Both the position numbers and the translations under genes were made by a program. Positions 57,001-63,000 of a stretch of DNA of 64,000 bases are shown piece after piece. Below the pieces are notes generated by a model that was not told the DNA's origin, did not search any database, and was given only the letters and a program-made list of their open reading frames with translations. Numbering within the stretch: position 1 is the stretch's first letter; each line of letters starts with the position of its first letter. This DNA is from Candidatus Ancillula glyptotermitis (lineage in GTDB: Bacteria > Actinomycetota > Actinomycetes > Actinomycetales > Bifidobacteriaceae). The stretch spans positions 10,155 through 74,154 of the forward strand of contig JAIRWY010000055.1 of assembly GCA_031268675.1 (NCBI GenBank). Direction: 5' to 3'.

Positions 57001-60000
57001 TTGACTGCCAAGCATCTGGATTAACTGCTGGAGATCACACCATCAACATTACTGGAACTGGTCTGTATGGTAACACTGGATCGCTGACGCTAACTGGCAC
57101 AATTTTCAAGCCTAATGCACCAACGGAGGTCCATGTTGAAACAGGTACTGAGACAAAGCAGGAGTTTGAAGACAGTAACTATTCATATGTTTCTGTTAGT
57201 TGGACTCCACCTGCAATTAACGATGCTGTTAAACCATTTAGTTACAAGATTTATGCAACTCAAGTAGGTGCTGGTCATAATCCAGTTGAATTTTGCCAAG
57301 TTGTAGGAAATGAAACAAACCAGAATCCAAGTACATGCGCTGTTTCTAGCCCAATTGCTGCTGGTCTTGCATTTAATACGGACTACACTTTCACAGTTGT
57401 CGCATTTGACAAGTATGGAACTGCTTCTGATATTTCTGCACCAAGTTCTATATTCCACACGATGTTTGAAGAGCCAGAAACAGCACCAATTGTGCCAGCT
57501 GATCAGACACTTGTTGTTAAGCAAACTGCGCTTGGACAGGCAAATGTGGTTGGTAATCCATTTACATCTGTTAACAACTTGGCTATTGACTACAAGTTAG
57601 CATACTGCAAGGAAGTTGCTGAAGGTGTAGGTTGTGATGATTCAATTACAAGAGTCAACGCATCTTTAGACGTTGATTCAGCTAGCGGAAACTTCGGCAA
57701 GGTTGTTGGTGATGTTACTTCTGGTTTATCCGATTCTACGCATTATTTGTTCTGGTTTGAAGCAACTTCTGTAAATGGATTAACCAATAGCGGTATGAAT
57801 AAGGCTGAGTTTATAACCGCAGGTCCAATTTTACTTAAGTGGTTATCTGCTCCTGCTAAGAACGGCGCTGGCGAGTTGGTGTTCCAGTTTGACCAAGATA
57901 ACTACATCGGTTGGGATGCACAGCAGGTTACTTATGCTGTAACTGTAGATGGAGCAACACTTGGAACTTGCATGCCAAATGGAGAAGGTTCAACTGCTAG
58001 AACTTGCACCAAGCCAAATATTGCTGTTGGATCCCATACTATTGAAATAACAGCAACAGGTAAAGCTTCAAATACAGGTAAATTAACATATAGTGCAGTT
58101 ATCACAGAACTTCCTGCACCGCTTGCCCCTATAATTACTGGTGAAGAAAAAGATGCAACTGGCAGCGGAATTACTCTGCATATGACATTTACTGTTCAAG
58201 ATGAGTCTAGTTTTGCAAATGTTGGACACAAGATTGATATATATGATGTAGATGGATCGACAGTTACAATTAGTGGACAGCAGCCACAAGTTAGTTGTAC
58301 AGGCTTTACATGTACTGCTTCAGTTCAAGGTCTAATACAGAACACTGTATACAAGTTCAAGGCAGTTACTACATCTGATAGTCCAGATCTTGCATCTAGC
58401 TTCTCAGAAACTTACCACACAGCATATACTCCAACTGCTTTAACACCTGCGCCAACTGTAAGACAAGGCTATGATATCACTGGTCAAGAAAAGACTTCAG
58501 TTGTTATTGAAGGAATACATTCTTCGTATGCAGGTACTGAGCCTAGTGAGTTTAAGCTAGAAAAGTGCACAACTTGGGTTGTTGAAGGTTCAACTTGCTC
58601 CGCTTGGGAGGCAGTTCCACCAGAAAATGTTGCATATTCTCAAAATGCTGGAATTGGCAAGTTCGTTGTAACTGGATTAACTCAAGATGCGCTTAATGTT
58701 CTAAGAGTGGATGAAACATCAATTGTAGGTACACATGAAAACGCTAGTTTACCAATTGCACTTGTGATGGGTCCTGTTAAACCTGCTAATGCTCCTGTTG
58801 TTACTCAAACAGGAAATGCATCTGCTGGATTAGTAACTGTTGTATCCGAACCGTTTACGCATACTCCAGGTGCTGTTATAACTTCATATACTTTGAAATA
58901 CTGCGAGCTTGATGAGAGCAACAACTGCATTGGTATATTTGAACGACCTGCGAACATAATAACGGACTCCAATGAAGGAACAGTTGGCAATGTTAAGGGA
59001 TCTGTTAGCGGACTAGATCCAAACAAGTATTACAAGTTCTGGATAACAGCGACATCAGCAATTGGAACTACAGCTGGAGATGCAACAGTATTAGCAACTG
59101 CAGGTCCACTTACTATCACTTCTACTACTCCTGTTCAAACTAACGCTGGTGAGTTGAAATTCTCCTATAAACTAGATAGTAACTACATCGGAAATGACAA
59201 AGCAGCTGTGAGATTTAGTGCACCTACTGTTGATTCTGGTTCAACTTCTTGCATACTTGAAGGAGGATCAGATGCGGTTACTTATCCACATGTTGTTGGA
59301 GCAGATAATACGCAAATTAACTGCACAGTTTCAGGATTACAAGCAGGTTCACATACAATTCATTTAAGTGCAACTGGTAGTTATTCAAATACTGGTTCGT
59401 TAGATATAACAGGAACTATTTTCAAGCCTGCTGCACCAACTAATGTAACGGTAGATGGAGCAACTGAAATTAGTGTAGACAATGGCGGAGCATATCATGT
59501 ATCTGTTTTAGTTGCATGGACTCCAATTTCAACCACAGGCGTGCCAGCAAGTGCATTACCGATTACATACAAGGTGTACGCTTATGATCAGGCAAATCCA
59601 ACTGTTAAGATTGAATACTGTACAGTAAATACCAACAGCAATTGTACACCTGATACAACAAGTGCAGGTTTGGACTTCAACAAGACATATACATTCACAG
59701 TTGAGGCAGTAGATGCATTTGGTACAACTTCAGGTGAATCTGCTCCAAGTTCTTCATTCCACACGCGGTTTGAGACACTTGAGCAAGCACCAGGAATTCC
59801 AACTAACCCTGCACTAACTGTTCGTCAAACTGAACTTGGAAAAGCAGATATTACTGGTGAACCGTTCACATCTACTAATAATCTACCTATTAGTTATCAA
59901 TTAGCATACTGTAAGAAAGATGCAAGCACTAAGAACTGCAATGCGGGAGACACATTATATACAGTTCCAGCCATCTTTGATACAGAATCTGGTAGTGGTA

Positions 60001-63000
60001 CTGAAAACAAGGTGGTTGCTAATATTACTGCGAACTTGGCTAATTCAAGTGATTATGTCTTCTGGTTAAGAGCATCTTCAGTTGGTGGTTCAAATGAGAC
60101 TGCTTTAGAGCAAAGGACTGAATTTACAACTGCTGGTCCTATCCCAATCAAGTGGTCATCTGCTCCTGCTAAGAATGCCGCTGGTAATTTAACATTCACC
60201 TTCAGTATTGACACATACAAGGGCTGGGACAAAGACGATGTTGCATATGAGGTTACTGTGGATGGACAACCTCTAACATGCGAGGCAAGTGGAAATGGTC
60301 AAACTTGTACAAAACTAGCGATTACGGCAACAACGCATACTATTCATGTTCATGCAACAGGTAAAGTTTCAAATACAGGTGATCTGGACTTCTCAGCAGT
60401 CATTACAGAACTTCCTTCTCCTCTTGCGCCTGAAATAACTTCTGAAAGTGTAAACGGAACTGATGCTAATAAGGTAGATTTAACAGCTACATTTACATAT
60501 CCAGATGAAAGTGGTATTTCACCTACTCCTGAACATAGCGTAAAAGTATATACAGCAACTGGCGAAGAAGTTAGTGGACTTACGACTAACACCAATTGTA
60601 CATCAGAACATGTATGTACTGCTTCAGTTCAAGGACTAGACCAGAACACTGTATACAAGTTCAAGGCACTATCAAAATCAGGCAGTAGTGAACTTCTATC
60701 TAGTTTCTCAGGAACTTACCACACAGCATATACTCCAACTGTTTTAACACCTGCGCCAACTGTAAGACAAGGCTATGATATTGCAGGTCAAGAAAAGACT
60801 TCAGTTGTTATTGAAGGAGTTAGCTCTTCGTATGCAGGTACTGAGCCAACAACATTTGGACTTGAAAGGTGTAGTGCATTTGATGGTGATACATGCAGTA
60901 CATGGACTAGTCTAGTTGTAAATACAGACTACACATTTGATAAGGACAGCATGAAGTTCATCGTAACTGGTTTGTCGCAGGGTTCAGTTGAGGCATTTAG
61001 AGTAACCGAGACTTCAATTACTGGAAATGCACAAACGCAAACTCCTAAGATTGAACTAACTACAGGACCAAATGCTCCTGAAGGAAAACCAATAGTTACT
61101 CAAACAGGAGTTCAAAGTGCAAGAGTTGTATCTGAGCCGTTCGTATCCACAGGTACTCCAATAACTTCTTATGTGCTGAAATACTGCAAAGTAGATATTA
61201 GTGGTGACAACTGCAATGATGTTGAAACAACTTCAGCTGTTTTGGTTACAGATAGTAAGGATACCAACTTCGGTAAAGTAAAAGCAAATGTTCAATTAAA
61301 CAGCAACCAGCATTACAAGTTCTGGTTTGAAGCTACTTCTTTAATAGGTACAACCTTAGGTCAGGACAGTGATGTATTTACTATGGCTGGAAACTTTGCA
61401 ATAACAAATGGTACTATTGCTCAGACTGCTAGTGATAAGTTAGCGTTTAGCTTCAAGGTTGCAGATGGTTATAATGGAAGTGATGCAAATAATATTGTAC
61501 TTGCTCTTCCTGTTGTACAAGGTGGAATTGTCAAGTGTGCTGTTGATACAGAAGAAGGCATGACAACTGATGCAACTAGAGACATTACAGCTGGAAGTAC
61601 AATCTACTGCGTAGCAGAAGGTCTAGCAGTTGGAACTCACCAAGTAAATATCAGTGCATCTGGCAAGTTTGACAATACAGCAACTACAACTTTAACAGGC
61701 GTAATTGCAAAACCAAGTATTCCTACAAATGTGCATGTAAATACTACAACTGAGACAAAGCAGGACTTTGAAGGCAGTAACTATTCATATGTTGAAATTA
61801 ACTTTGATCCAATAAGTTATCCTGTAGGAACTGTTAACATTACTTATGAAGTTTATGCAAAACAAACAGGTCAAAATCCAGTTAAGGTTTGTCAGGTTAG
61901 TGCTTTGGCAAATCAGAACACTTCTTCTTGTACAATGACTAATTCAGCTGCTGGTCTTAATTTCAACACAGATTATACCTTCCAAGCTGAAGCAGTTGAT
62001 GCATTTGGAACAAGTTCTGGTATTTCTGCTCCGTCTACTATATTCCACACGATGTTTGAAGAGCTTGAAACAGTACCAGGACTTCCAAGCAACCAGGCTT
62101 TAACAGTTTCTCAAACTGCGCTTGGAGCTGCACAAGTAGTTGGTGAACAATTCACATCAGTTAATAATCTGCCAATTAGCTACAAGTTAGCATACTGCAG
62201 AAAAGCAGAAGGCTCATCTGGTTGTCAAGATTCTGTAACTAGAGTCATATCTAGTGTAGATACAGATGCAAATAGTGGAAACTACGGCAAAGTTGTTGGT
62301 AATATTCCTTCTGGTCTGCTAAATTCAACAGATTATTTGTTCTGGTTTGAAGCAACTAGCCAAAATGATTTAACTAACAACACTATGAATAAGACTGAGT
62401 TCACGACTGCAGGACCAATTTTGCTCAAGTGGTCGCAAGTTCCGAGCAAGAATGCTGCTGGTGCGCTAGTATTTGGATTTGAACCTAATAACTACAAGGG
62501 CTGGGATAGTGCGCAGATTGCATATGAGGTGGAAGTTGATGGACAACCTCTAACATGCGAGGCAAGTGGAAATGGTCAAACTTGTACAAAACCAGGCATT
62601 GCAATTGGAGCACATACTATTCATGTTCATGCAACAGGTAAAGCTTCAAATACAGGTGAACTTAACTACAACGCCAATATTGCAGAACTTCCTTCTCCTC
62701 TTGCGCCTGTAATAACTGGTGAAAGCGTAAACCAAACTGATAACAACAAGGTAGATTTAACAGCAAGTTTCACAATTCAGGACGAAACTAGTTTAACTGA
62801 ACCTGTTCATAAGATCAAGGTGTATAATAATGATGGATCAGTTGCTAAAACTTCAGACGAAATAGAAATAGAGGTAAATGCTACTTGCTTAGGAGCAACT
62901 GCTGAATCTGCTTGTACAGCTACAATTGAAGGACTAGGCCAAAATACAGTATACAAACTAAAAGCTGTAACAACTCAAGGAGCTGATTCTTTATCTTCAC

